Shown here piece by piece: positions 9,455-19,046 of a stretch of DNA of 64,000 nt. The number at the start of each line of letters is the position of its first letter. Position 1 is the first letter of the stretch. The translations under genes were made by a program, and so were the position numbers. The notes beneath the pieces were generated by a model. It was given only the letters and a program-made list of their open reading frames with translations. It did no database searches and had not been told where the DNA came from. The DNA is from Acutalibacteraceae bacterium (GTDB lineage: Bacteria; Bacillota; Clostridia; Oscillospirales; Acutalibacteraceae), in contig JAZTZD010000077.1 of the NCBI GenBank assembly GCA_045637305.1, positions 1,999 to 65,998 on the forward strand, given 5' to 3'.

Positions 9455-10716
9455 TAAAGCAAACCGTCCTTTTCAAGCTTCTGCGCCGCAAGCATAACCG
9501 CTGTTTTGGCAGAATGGAAATTGATTCCGCCCTGAAGCCACACGGCAAAAGGCTCACGCAAAGGTGCATCGGCGGAAAGCTCGATTGACGAGCCCATTAT
9601 AAATGCGCCCGCCGCCATAATAACCTGACTGTCATAACCAGGCATATCCCACGGTTCGGGTGTAAGATGAGAGTCAACAGGCGCTCCCGACTGAATTCCT
9701 CGGCAGAAAGCAATCAGTCTTTCGGGTTTTTCAAGGCAGAGAGCCTGAATTATATCGTGACGCGTTTCATCGCTTGACGGTGTGACGGAAAATCCGAAAT
9801 TTTCAAACATTGCGGCAGTATAAACAGCGGTTTTCAGCGCTTCACCGACAACGTGGGGTGCATTAAAAATACCCATAAACATATTTCTGTTTTCATCAAG
9901 CGAACATCCGACCTCTTTGCCCAGACCCGGTGTTGTTGCACGGTAAGCACACATTTCAACAAGCTCTGCTTTACCCGCAATGTAGCCGCCCGTTCTTGCA
10001 ATTGCACCGCCCGCATTCTTTATAAGTGAACCCGCCATAAGGTCTGCACCGACCTCAACAGGCTCTGTTTTTTCAACAAATTCGCCGTAACAGTTATCAA
10101 CCATAACAATTGTTCCGGGACTTACGGACTTGACAGCCTTTACGATTTCGCCGATTTCGGCAACTGAAAGAGTGGGTCTGAGACTATACCCTCTTGAACG
10201 CTGGATATATGCCATTTTGGGATTTGATTTGCATGCTTCGGCAATCGCATCAAGGTCGGGTCTGCCATTTTTATCAAGATCGACCTGTGCATAATCAACG
10301 CCGAAATCCTTGAGCGAGCCCATCCCCTCTCCGCTGAGTCCGATAACGCTGTGGATTGTGTCATAAGGTGTTCCCGTAACGCAGAGCATTGTGTCGCCCG
10401 GACGAAGCACACCGAAAAGAGCAACCGCAAGAGTGTGGGTGCCGCAGGTAAAACTGTGGCGCACAATCGCATCCTCTGCACCGAAAGCCTCAGCATAAAT
10501 GCGGTCAAGCTTTTCTCTGCCTCTGTCACCGTAACCGTAACCCGTTGTGCCCGAAAAATCGGCTTCGCTTACGCAGTTTCTTATGAATGAAGCCAGCACC
10601 TTCTGCTGATTATATTCCGTTATATCCTCAATTTCGGCAAATTTTGCCTTTGCTTTGATAAGTGCCTCATCGGAGGCTTTTTTTATCTTGTCGCTTATTT
10701 CAAAAAATCTGTTCAT
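9454..10716 (-). CDS. Methionine gamma-lyase-like PLP enzyme (YnbB/aluminium-resistance family)
   Basis: GTTGYGYGDRGR, GTPYDT, IQRSRGYS, VDNCYGEF, GSLIKNAGG, SSIELSAD. Confidence 0.9.
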   Translation of the reverse strand: MNRFFEISDKIKKASDEALIKAKAKFAEIEDITEYNQQKVLASFIRNCVSEADFSGTTGYGYGDRGREKLDRIYAEAFGAEDAIVRHSFTCGTHTLAVALFGVLRPGDTMLCVTGTPYDTIHSVIGLSGEGMGSLKDFGVDYAQVDLDKNGRPDLDAIAEACKSNPKMAYIQRSRGYSLRPTLSVAEIGEIVKAVKSVSPGTIVMVDNCYGEFVEKTEPVEVGADLMAGSLIKNAGGAIARTGGYIAGKAELVEMCAYRATTPGLGKEVGCSLDENRNMFMGIFNAPHVVGEALKTAVYTAAMFENFGFSVTPSSDETRHDIIQALCLEKPERLIAFCRGIQSGAPVDSHLTPEPWDMPGYDSQVIMAAGAFIMGSSIELSADAPLREPFAVWLQGGINFHSAKTAVMLAAQKLEKDGLL

Positions 10717-10725
10717 ACCGTTTCC

Positions 10726-12159
10726 TTATCTCTTGTAAATTCTGTTGAGTGATTTAAAAAATTCTCTGTCAGCATTCATAAGCTGGTCTTTTGTAACTCT
10801 GTAGCTCCAATTTCCGTCGGCAACACCGGGAGTGTTTATTCTTGTGTCAGAACCGTACATCAGCAAATCCTGAATCGGAATAATCGCAAGGTCGCTGACA
10901 CTTGCAAAAACGCTGCGAAGAAGCACGGGACACGCACCGCCCCAGTCTCCGCCCGCAAATCCGCAGTATTCAAGCGTTCTGTTTCTCACTTCGTCGCCGC
11001 TTTCCCAAAGATATCCGAACAAAGTATTATTATCGTGTGTACCCGAATAGGCAACCGAATTTCTTATGTAATTATGGGGCATATGGATGCTGTCGTCACC
11101 GTCAATGAAACCGAACTGAAAAACTCTCATTCCCGGGAATCCGCTTTCTTCAACAAGCGCACGCACCTCGTCCGTGATGTCGCCAAGATCCTCGGCAATA
11201 ATCATCTTGTCTTCGTGACCTTTTTTTATTGCATCAACAAGCTTCATTCCGGGACCTTTTATCCAGACACCGTTTCTCGCTGTTTTTTCGTCCGCACCAA
11301 CCGACCAATAGGCTTCAACCGCCCTGAAATGGTCGATTCTCACGCCGTCAAACATTTCAAGCGCGTGGTCCATTCTTTCTTTCCACCAGCCGAAACCGTC
11401 TTTTTCAAGCTCATCCCAATCATAAAGCGGGTTACCCCAAAGCTGACCGTCCTCGGCAAAATAATCGGGCGGAACACCCGAAACCCTTGTGGAATAGCCT
11501 TTTTCGTTAAGTTGGAACAAAGATTTGTTTTCCCACACATCGCAGCTGTCATCGGAAACATAAATGGGAATGTCGCCGATAATGCTCACTCCCTTTGAGT
11601 TTGCATATTCCTTGATTTTCGCCCATTGAGTAAAGAATTCATACTGAATGAACTGCCACATTCCGAGTGTTTCGAAATCCGTTATTTCATTTATCTCCCA
11701 TTCCTGCCACGGTTTCTGTCCGTTCTGCTCACGCAAAGTCATAAAACGGCAGAAAGACTCAATTCTCGTATGGTTTGCAATAAAATCTTCGATTTTTTCT
11801 TTTTCGTTGCAGTTAAGATATGCTTTTCTCAGAAGTGACATTCTCTCTTTTGCAAGCCTTTTATATTCGGATGAATAAGGGGTTTCCTGCTTGCAGCTTT
11901 CAAGGTCTGATGAGGAAATATATCCTTTTTCAAAAAGTATTTCGGGGTCAATAAAATAAGGATTGCCGCCAAAAGCCGAAAACGACTTGTAGGGAGAATT
12001 ATATTCGTCGGTAACCGTAAAAGGAAGCACCTGCCAGACGGAAAAACCGAGTTCTTTTATATAATCAATAAATTCAATGGCGTTTTTGCCGAAACTGCCT
12101 ATGGAATAATCGCCGTAAAGCGAAGAAATATGCATAAGGATGCCGCTTTGTCTTTTCAT
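10726..12159 (-). CDS. malQ: 4-alpha-glucanotransferase (amylomaltase, GH77)
   Basis: RQSGILMHISSL, WQVLP, GDIPIYV, GVPPDYF, QLWGNP, RIDHFR, AEDLG, GTHDN; start moved to ATG 12159 (GAGGT RBS). Confidence 0.95.
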   Translation of the reverse strand: MKRQSGILMHISSLYGDYSIGSFGKNAIEFIDYIKELGFSVWQVLPFTVTDEYNSPYKSFSAFGGNPYFIDPEILFEKGYISSSDLESCKQETPYSSEYKRLAKERMSLLRKAYLNCNEKEKIEDFIANHTRIESFCRFMTLREQNGQKPWQEWEINEITDFETLGMWQFIQYEFFTQWAKIKEYANSKGVSIIGDIPIYVSDDSCDVWENKSLFQLNEKGYSTRVSGVPPDYFAEDGQLWGNPLYDWDELEKDGFGWWKERMDHALEMFDGVRIDHFRAVEAYWSVGADEKTARNGVWIKGPGMKLVDAIKKGHEDKMIIAEDLGDITDEVRALVEESGFPGMRVFQFGFIDGDDSIHMPHNYIRNSVAYSGTHDNNTLFGYLWESGDEVRNRTLEYCGFAGGDWGGACPVLLRSVFASVSDLAIIPIQDLLMYGSDTRINTPGVADGNWSYRVTKDQLMNADREFFKSLNRIYKR

Positions 12160-12396
12160 TTTATTATTTACCTCACATTCAACAATATAATTACTATACC
12201 ATATAATATGTCGGAAATAAAGTGATTTCAAAAAAAACTTGATATTTTCTCCGAATATGGTTATTATTGATATATGCTGAAAAATCACCCATTAAGTGTA
12301 GTTAAAAAACTTAAAAGACAACATCAAAGCGAAAACGACCTGTAAAGCTATTCAACTTTACAAGTTACACAAATAAAACATATCAGAGGAACAACT

Positions 12397-12906
12397 ATGA
12401 AAACACCTGAAAATAAAGCTCTTAAAGAGGCTTATTCCCTTTTATATCATGAAACTCCGCTCGGTTTCTACAACTGCGGCAGACTGTGTGACGGACTGTG
12501 TTGCAGAGGCGACTGTAAAGGTATGTGGCTTTACCCGTACGAGGAAGAATTGTTCGCAGACAAAGACGGTTTTGAGGTCTGCGAAACCGAAGGTAACTAC
12601 GGTTATCCGATGGTTATCTGCAAAGGTGAGTGCGAAAGAAGAGAAAGACCGCTTGCCTGCAGAATTTTTCCGCTTTTCCCCCTTGTTTTTGAAGAGGACG
12701 GCAATATAAGAATAAAAGTTGTTTTTGACCCGAGAGCAACAATGTGTCCGCTTGCAAGAAGCGAAAAACCTCTTGACCCCTCTTTCATAAAGAACGTCAA
12801 GAAAGCGGCACGTTACCTCATAAGAGACAAAAAAATCCTTGAATACATGAAAGCGGTCACATCGGAATTGACCGATATTATCAGATTACGGGAGTTGTTG
12901 GATTAA
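12397..12906 (+). CDS. Cysteine-cluster protein (CxxxCxxxCC...RPxxCRxFP; YkgJ-like putative metal-binding)
   Basis: NCGRLCDGLCC, C..C.RRERPLACRIFP, CPL; GAGGA RBS. Confidence 0.65.
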   Translation: MKTPENKALKEAYSLLYHETPLGFYNCGRLCDGLCCRGDCKGMWLYPYEEELFADKDGFEVCETEGNYGYPMVICKGECERRERPLACRIFPLFPLVFEEDGNIRIKVVFDPRATMCPLARSEKPLDPSFIKNVKKAARYLIRDKKILEYMKAVTSELTDIIRLRELLD

Positions 12907-12907
12907 A

Positions 12908-14230
12908 ATGAAAAGAATTATTGCCGCATTTACGGCGATATTGATAATATTCGCATTCAGCGGTTGCAGAATCAGCGACGAAAAAGCTCTGAACGCATTC
13001 ACGGGACTCAAAGAACCGCCTTACGATTACGCTAAAGCCGCTTACACGGTTGCGGTTGCCGCAAGATGCAATATGACGGGCGCTTTCCTTGAAAGTATGC
13101 TTGGCAAAGAAAAAACACAGATTTTGATTGAAAAAATCGAAAACGGAGACTACTCAGATGATTTATGGCTTGAAACCGCAGGCTTCAGCTACAATGTTAT
13201 GAGGGATTTGCTCAGCGGAAACATCGATGCGGAAAACATCTCGTTTTTCGGTGAGAACGGAAAAGAAAGCTTCACCCTCTCTTTTGTCGGAGATATTCTT
13301 TTTGACCCCGATTTCAACCCGATGTATCACGCAAGCATCAAGGGCGGTGTGCTCAACTGCATTGACGCCGAGGTTATCAACTATTTACGCACAAGCGACG
13401 TTTTCCTGATTAACAACGAGTTCACCTACGGCAAAAGGGGTGCTCCCCTTCAGGGCAAAACCTGGACATTCCAGGCATCCCCCGACACGGTAAATCTTCT
13501 CAAGGATATGGGCGCAGACATTGTTTCTCTTGCAAATAACCATGTCTATGACTACGGCGAAGTCGGATTTACCGACACAATGGCAGTGCTTGACGAAGCG
13601 GGAATCCCTTACGTCGGCGCAGGAATGAATATCGGCGAAGCTGCAGAAGGACATTATTTCATAATCAACGGTATCAAAGTCGGAATAATCGCCGCAAGCA
13701 GAGCTGAAAAAGTTCCGTTCACTCCCGTTGCGGATTACAACAAAGCGGGTGTTATGGGTACCTACAACAGCGAAAACTTCCTTAAAGCGGTTGAGCTTGC
13801 AAAAGGTCAGTGCGATTATCTTATTGCATACGTTCATTGGGGCACGGAAAACAGCACAAAGCTTGAAACTCCCCAAAAAGAAATGGCGAGAAAATACATT
13901 GATGCAGGCGTTGATGCCGTCATCGGCGGTCACACTCACTGTCTGCAGGGTATGGAATTCTACAACAACAAACCGATAGTATACAGCGTTGGTAACTTCT
14001 GGTTCAACAGCAAGAATCTTGACTCCTGCGTTATCACTATAGAACTTGACAAACAGATGAATTCCGAAATTTCTATTCTTCCCTTGAAACAGCAGAATTG
14101 CGAAACAAGACTGCTCACAGGCGAAGATGCAAGAGCGCTGTTTGACAGAGTTGAAAGCTATGAACCTCAGGGTGTCACAATCCTTGATGACGGAACAATA
14201 ACACCATCGGCAAAAACCGAAACAGAATAA
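12908..14230 (+). CDS. CapA/PGA_cap family metallophosphoesterase-fold lipoprotein
   Basis: Lipobox FSGC; FVGDI, SLANNHVYDYG, HWGTE, GGHTHCLQG, YSVGNF. Confidence 0.9.
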   Translation: MKRIIAAFTAILIIFAFSGCRISDEKALNAFTGLKEPPYDYAKAAYTVAVAARCNMTGAFLESMLGKEKTQILIEKIENGDYSDDLWLETAGFSYNVMRDLLSGNIDAENISFFGENGKESFTLSFVGDILFDPDFNPMYHASIKGGVLNCIDAEVINYLRTSDVFLINNEFTYGKRGAPLQGKTWTFQASPDTVNLLKDMGADIVSLANNHVYDYGEVGFTDTMAVLDEAGIPYVGAGMNIGEAAEGHYFIINGIKVGIIAASRAEKVPFTPVADYNKAGVMGTYNSENFLKAVELAKGQCDYLIAYVHWGTENSTKLETPQKEMARKYIDAGVDAVIGGHTHCLQGMEFYNNKPIVYSVGNFWFNSKNLDSCVITIELDKQMNSEISILPLKQQNCETRLLTGEDARALFDRVESYEPQGVTILDDGTITPSAKTETE

Positions 14231-14240
14231 AACACACAAC

Positions 14241-14269
14241 AAATCCCCGTCTTATGCAGACGGGGATTT
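14241..14269. terminator. Bidirectional intrinsic terminator
   Basis: AAATCCCCGTCT-tatgc-AGACGGGGATTT between convergent genes. Confidence 0.8.
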
Positions 14270-14273
14270 AAAT

Positions 14274-14693
14274 TTATAATTTGATGTTTTCACAGAATTC
14301 TTTCAGAATTTTATTTATAACTTCTTCGTTATCGCCGAAAACATTATCACATTTTTTGATTATTTCTTCATTGGCTTCGATGTTTTTATCCTGTTCCAGT
14401 TCCGAATACGCATCAAATGCGGCTTTGATATTGTTTTTCATAACATCGGGAAGAAAACCGCAAAGAATTTCAAGTTCACCGCTTAAATCTCCGTTATTCT
14501 CCGTGTTGAGAAAATACTGATAGTGTCCGCCATTGATAACTTCGCCATGATAATTCATAAGCTCATTATAAGGAGATTCGATTTCACCGTTTGCCCACAA
14601 ACTCCACATTTTGTTCCATTTCCTTTCGGCTTCCGAAAAAATCGGCGCAACGGTACCTTTATCCTTTTTTCTCTTGAATATATCAAAAATCAT
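14274..14693 (-). CDS. DUF4375/DMP19-like small acidic protein
   Basis: YHGEVINGGHYQYFLN motif; start at ATG 14693 behind GAGGTG. Confidence 0.65.
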   Translation of the reverse strand: MIFDIFKRKKDKGTVAPIFSEAERKWNKMWSLWANGEIESPYNELMNYHGEVINGGHYQYFLNTENNGDLSGELEILCGFLPDVMKNNIKAAFDAYSELEQDKNIEANEEIIKKCDNVFGDNEEVINKILKEFCENIKL

Positions 14694-14766
14694 ACAGTTC
14701 ACCTCAAATTCGATATCATATAAAATAATATCATATCCTCACTTGTTATTCAAGGGATAATCCGTA

Positions 14767-14795
14767 TTGATTTGTTCACATTTAAATGGTATAAT
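14767..14795 (+). promoter_or_regulatory. SigA-type promoter of the lipid kinase-WYL operon
   Basis: TTGATT-17 nt-TATAAT with an extended TG. Confidence 0.6.
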
Positions 14796-14825
14796 GCTTT
14801 AAAAATAAAAAAACGCAGGTGAATT

Positions 14826-15779
14826 ATGAGCAAAAAGAGAAATATATTACTGATTGTCAACCCCTGTGCGGGCAGAAACAAATCCAGAGCCGGTACATTC
14901 GATATAGTTGACAGATTTTCAAAAGAAAACTACGAATTTGACATAAAAACAACAACCTGTCCCGGTGACGCAACAAACATCGTTAAGGAACATATTGACG
15001 ATAACGATATGGTTGTCTGCTGCGGCGGCGACGGTACACTCAACGAAACCATCAACGGAATAATGCAGCTTCCCAGACGTGTTCCCGTAGGCTACATTCC
15101 CGCAGGTTCAACAAATGACCTTGCTTCAACCCTAGGAATTCCTGTCGGTGACATCGGTAAGGCGACGGACATGATTATCGACGGTCACACAAACGGCTAC
15201 GATATCGGTCTTTTCAACAACAGATTCTTCTCATATGTTGCTTCTTTCGGACCCGCCGCAAAGCTTTCCTACGCAACATCGCAGAAACTTAAGAACAAGT
15301 TCGGAAGAACCGCATATTATCTTGACGGTATTTTCAGACAGATGATACCTCTTCTCAGAGAAGTGAAACCCATTCACATTAAAATCGAGCACGACGGCGG
15401 AGTGATTGAAGATGATTTCTTCTTCGGTGCGATTTCAAACTCAACCTCTGTTGCGGGTCTTTTCAAATATGATGAAAATGACGTAAGACTTGATGACGGC
15501 GTATTTGAGGTTATTCTTGTAAGAAGACTCAAGAGAGCAACTGATGCCTTTGCAATGATTGAAAAAATCAAGCGCAGAGACTATGACGGCGATTCTCTTC
15601 TCTATTTTAAAACATCAAGAGCAAAGCTTACATTCGATAAGCCTTGCAACTGGACCCTTGACGGTGAATACGGCGGAGACCACGCCGATGTTCATATATC
15701 CGTGCTTCCCAAGGCGATTGATATCTGCTCGCCCGAAAATCCGTTGTTTGTCGGAGAAAAAGAAAAAGTAACAAGCTAA
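14826..15779 (+). CDS. YegS/DgkB-family diacylglycerol/lipid kinase
   Basis: IVNPCAG, CGGDGTLNE, IPAGSTND, LDDG, TLDGE. Confidence 0.9.
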   Translation: MSKKRNILLIVNPCAGRNKSRAGTFDIVDRFSKENYEFDIKTTTCPGDATNIVKEHIDDNDMVVCCGGDGTLNETINGIMQLPRRVPVGYIPAGSTNDLASTLGIPVGDIGKATDMIIDGHTNGYDIGLFNNRFFSYVASFGPAAKLSYATSQKLKNKFGRTAYYLDGIFRQMIPLLREVKPIHIKIEHDGGVIEDDFFFGAISNSTSVAGLFKYDENDVRLDDGVFEVILVRRLKRATDAFAMIEKIKRRDYDGDSLLYFKTSRAKLTFDKPCNWTLDGEYGGDHADVHISVLPKAIDICSPENPLFVGEKEKVTS

Positions 15780-15794
15780 GGCAGGTGCAAAACC

Positions 15795-16778
15795 GTGGCG
15801 AAATCCTCAAACCAGAAGCTGAAAATACTCTATCTGCTGAAAATACTGACCGAGCGCACCGATGAGGAGCATCCGATGACCCTTGCTCAGATTATCGAAG
15901 CTCTCGGAGAATACGGCGTTTCCGCCGAAAGAAAGAGTCTCTATGACGATTTTGAGTCATTGAGAGTTTTCGGCGTTGACATTGAAAAAAGCCAGGGTAA
16001 AACAGTCGGATATTACATTGCAAGCCGCAATTTTGAACTTCCCGAGCTCAAGCTTCTTGTTGACGCTGTGCAGGCTTCAAAGTTCATAACAAGAAAAAAG
16101 AGTGCAGAGCTTATCAGAAAAATCGAAGGTTTTGCGAGCACCCACGAAGCTCAGCAGCTTCACAGACAGGTTTTCGTTGCAAACAGAATAAAAACAATGA
16201 ACGAAAGCATATATTACACCGTTGATTACATTCACGATGCAATAAGCGGTGACAATCGCATCGCTTTCAAATATTTCGATTGGAACGAAAAAAAAGAAAA
16301 AATTCTCCGCCATAACGGAAAGACCTACGAGGTAAGCCCGTGGGCACTGACCTGGGATGACGAGAATTATTATATGATAGCATATGATTCCGAAGCAGGA
16401 AAAATCAAGCATTACAGAGTTGACAAAATGCTGAGCATTTCCGTTCTTTCCGAAAAAAGAGAGGGCGCAGAGAAATTCAAGGATTTTGATATGGCTCTTT
16501 ATTCAAAGAAAACCTTCGGAATGTACGGCGGCAGAGATGAATTTGTCACCATAAGATGCAAGAATTCTCTTGCAGGCATAATTGTTGACCGTTTCGGTCA
16601 GGAAACGATTATGACACCCGAAGATGATGAGCATTTCACTTTTACGGTCAAGATTTCCGTAAGCCCGCTTTTTCTTACCTGGGTAATGAATTTCGGAACT
16701 GATATGAAAATAATTTCTCCGCAATGCGTGATTGACGAGCTGAAAGAGCTTGCTCAAAAAACAATTGAACAGTATTAA
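15795..16778 (+). CDS. wHTH-WYL-WCX transcriptional regulator
   Basis: KLKILYL..TDEEHP, ERKSLYDD (wHTH); VSPWAL..DDENYY..YRVDKM (WYL); C-terminal WCX-like region; GTG start. Confidence 0.9.
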   Translation: MAKSSNQKLKILYLLKILTERTDEEHPMTLAQIIEALGEYGVSAERKSLYDDFESLRVFGVDIEKSQGKTVGYYIASRNFELPELKLLVDAVQASKFITRKKSAELIRKIEGFASTHEAQQLHRQVFVANRIKTMNESIYYTVDYIHDAISGDNRIAFKYFDWNEKKEKILRHNGKTYEVSPWALTWDDENYYMIAYDSEAGKIKHYRVDKMLSISVLSEKREGAEKFKDFDMALYSKKTFGMYGGRDEFVTIRCKNSLAGIIVDRFGQETIMTPEDDEHFTFTVKISVSPLFLTWVMNFGTDMKIISPQCVIDELKELAQKTIEQY

Positions 16779-16782
16779 AAAA

Positions 16783-16812
16783 ACCGCTGACAGCCTTAAA
16801 ACTGTCAGCGGT
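16783..16812. terminator. Bidirectional terminator
   Basis: ACCGCTGACAG-loop-CTGTCAGCGGT flanked by A and T runs. Confidence 0.8.
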
Positions 16813-16818
16813 AATTTT

Positions 16819-17640
16819 TTAAAGATTCAAGAAATCTCTTCTGTATACGTCAAGAAGATTGAATGCCTTTGCGATTTCAACAAGATCGGGGTCTGTGATT
16901 GTGTTTACTCTGGGAAGATGAGCAGTCATCATATAAAGCTGAGCTGCCTTTTCAACTGTTTCGATAAGACCGAAAGCTTCGTCAAGATCCTTGCCGCAGC
17001 CGTAAATACCGTGCTGACCCCATACAACGAGTCTGAATTCCTTCATCTTCTCTGCGGTTGCAATACCGATTTCGTTTGTGCCGCATACCATCCAGGGAAG
17101 AATGCCGATTCCGTCGGGGAAAACAACCATGCACTCAGTGCACATTTCCCAGAGAGAATGTGTGAACTTCTTTTCCGAAAGCTCGTGAACGTATGTCATT
17201 GCAAGAGTGTTTGTGGGGTGAGAGTGCATAATAACTCTGTTCTCGGGATTCTTGCTGAGTCTTGAAATATGGCTCATAAGGTGAGCGGGAAGCTCGCTTG
17301 TGGGTCTGCCGCCGTCGCTGTAGCCCCAGAGAAGCTCTGCTGTTGTTCCGTTTTCGGCAATTTTGATGATACCGAGATTGTTTTCGGGGTCATCTTCAAT
17401 GTTCTTGAAGTATTTGCCTGTGCCTGTAACAATGAAAATCTTGCCGACAAGAACGCTTGCATCAAAGCCCATTTCGATTGTTCTGATGGGAGCATTGATA
17501 TCAAGATATTCGGCAACTTCATCGTTTTCAAGCATCATGCTGATGTTACCGCCGTTTCTTTCGTCCCAGCCCATACGGTACATATTTGCTGTTGTTTTCA
17601 TCATTCCCTTTACAAAGGGTGCATCCATTATGTTTTTCAT
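16819..17640 (-). CDS. rhaD: Rhamnulose-1-phosphate aldolase
   Basis: GWDERNGGNIS, PTSELPAHL, HSHPT, LWEMCTEC, LPWMVCGT, ETVEKAA. Confidence 0.95.
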   Translation of the reverse strand: MKNIMDAPFVKGMMKTTANMYRMGWDERNGGNISMMLENDEVAEYLDINAPIRTIEMGFDASVLVGKIFIVTGTGKYFKNIEDDPENNLGIIKIAENGTTAELLWGYSDGGRPTSELPAHLMSHISRLSKNPENRVIMHSHPTNTLAMTYVHELSEKKFTHSLWEMCTECMVVFPDGIGILPWMVCGTNEIGIATAEKMKEFRLVVWGQHGIYGCGKDLDEAFGLIETVEKAAQLYMMTAHLPRVNTITDPDLVEIAKAFNLLDVYRRDFLNL

Positions 17641-18875
17641 TTTCTGTTCACCAATACCTTTTCTTCATATTCTTTTATTATGTTGATATAATTGATTTCT
17701 GTATTCTGTCTTGCAAGATATTCGTTCCACACATCGCCCACAGGCATTGTTTTGAGGTCCTCGCTCATAACCATAAGAGATGTGAAGTCCGCTTTATCCT
17801 GAAGCTCTTTCATCTTTGCCGAAGGCTCAAGAAGTGCGAAAAGAAGAGCTTTCTGAACACTTCTTACACCCGTTACCCAGGCGCTGATTCGGTTGATTGA
17901 TGCATCAAAATAGTCCGTTGCGATAAACACTCTGTCGAGCGCATCGTTTCTGACGATTTCCTTTGCAATTTCTTTTGTTTCATCGTCAAGAAGAACAACG
18001 TGGTCGCTGTCCCAACGCACACCTCTTGTAACGTGGAGTGCAATCTTTTCGTTGAATGCAAGAAGTGACGAAATTTTGTCTGAAACAAGCTCTGTAGGAT
18101 GATAATGTCCGTTATCCATAAGAGGAACGATTCCGTTCTTGGTTGAATAGCTCAGGCAGAATTCAGCAGAGCCAACCGTGTAGCTTTCAAGACCGATGCC
18201 GAAAACCTTTGATTCAAGTGTCACGTAAACCATACTCTTGTCATAGGGTACGGAAAGGATTTCATCGAGCGATTTTTTAAAACGGAGTCTGGGTGAAAGA
18301 CGGTCTGCGGGAATATCCTTGTAGCCGTCGGGAATCCAGATGTTCATAACGCAAGGAACACCCGTTTCCTTTGCAAAATAATCGGAAAGCTCAATACATC
18401 TTTTGCCGTGCTCAACCCAGAAGCTGCGTACCTCTTCATCGGGCGAGGAAAGAGTAAGTCCGTCTTTTACCATGGGATGAGAGAAGAATGTGGGATTGAA
18501 ATCAATACCCATATTTCTTTCTTTTGCAAAATCAACCCATTTTTTGAAATGTTCGGGTTTAAGAGCATCTCTGTCTGCTCTGTTGCCGTCAAAAATTGCA
18601 TAGCAAGCGTGAAGATTGAGCTTTTTCTTACCGGGAATGAGGCTGAAAGCCTTGTCGATATCCGCCATAAGCTCGTCGGGAGTGCGTGCTTTTCCGGGAT
18701 AATTACCCGTTGTCTGAATGCCGCCCGAGAGTGCGTCGTCGCTGTCAAATCCGCCGACGTCATCACCCTGCCAGCAATGAACTGAAATCGTGATATCGGA
18801 AAGCTTTTTTATCGCTTCCTCGGTATCGATACCGATTGAAGCATAAAGTTCTTTTGCACTTTCGTATCTGTTCAT
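17637..18875 (-). CDS. rhaA: L-rhamnose isomerase
   Basis: HCWQGDDV, TGNYPGKAR, FNPTFFSH, WIPDG, ESKVFGIG.ESYTVGS, HYHPTE, VRWDSDH, DYFDASINR. Confidence 0.95.
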   Translation of the reverse strand: MNRYESAKELYASIGIDTEEAIKKLSDITISVHCWQGDDVGGFDSDDALSGGIQTTGNYPGKARTPDELMADIDKAFSLIPGKKKLNLHACYAIFDGNRADRDALKPEHFKKWVDFAKERNMGIDFNPTFFSHPMVKDGLTLSSPDEEVRSFWVEHGKRCIELSDYFAKETGVPCVMNIWIPDGYKDIPADRLSPRLRFKKSLDEILSVPYDKSMVYVTLESKVFGIGLESYTVGSAEFCLSYSTKNGIVPLMDNGHYHPTELVSDKISSLLAFNEKIALHVTRGVRWDSDHVVLLDDETKEIAKEIVRNDALDRVFIATDYFDASINRISAWVTGVRSVQKALLFALLEPSAKMKELQDKADFTSLMVMSEDLKTMPVGDVWNEYLARQNTEINYINIIKEYEEKVLVNRK

Positions 18876-19046
18876 AAAATTCCCTCCGTTGAAGAAAGAT
18901 TACTTTTACCAAATATATATAATACTACTGATTTCGGATATTGTCAATCAAGTTTATGCCAAAAATAAAAGCGGTTGATTTTTAAAGAAAATTATTATAA
19001 AATTAATTGATTCATATATTTTCCGTTTGTTTTTGGAGGATAAAAA

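Noticed and set aside
15795-16778. WYL gene as marker of a defence island
   Set aside because: Neighbours are metabolic; no nuclease, helicase, RM, toxin-antitoxin or cas genes are nearby.
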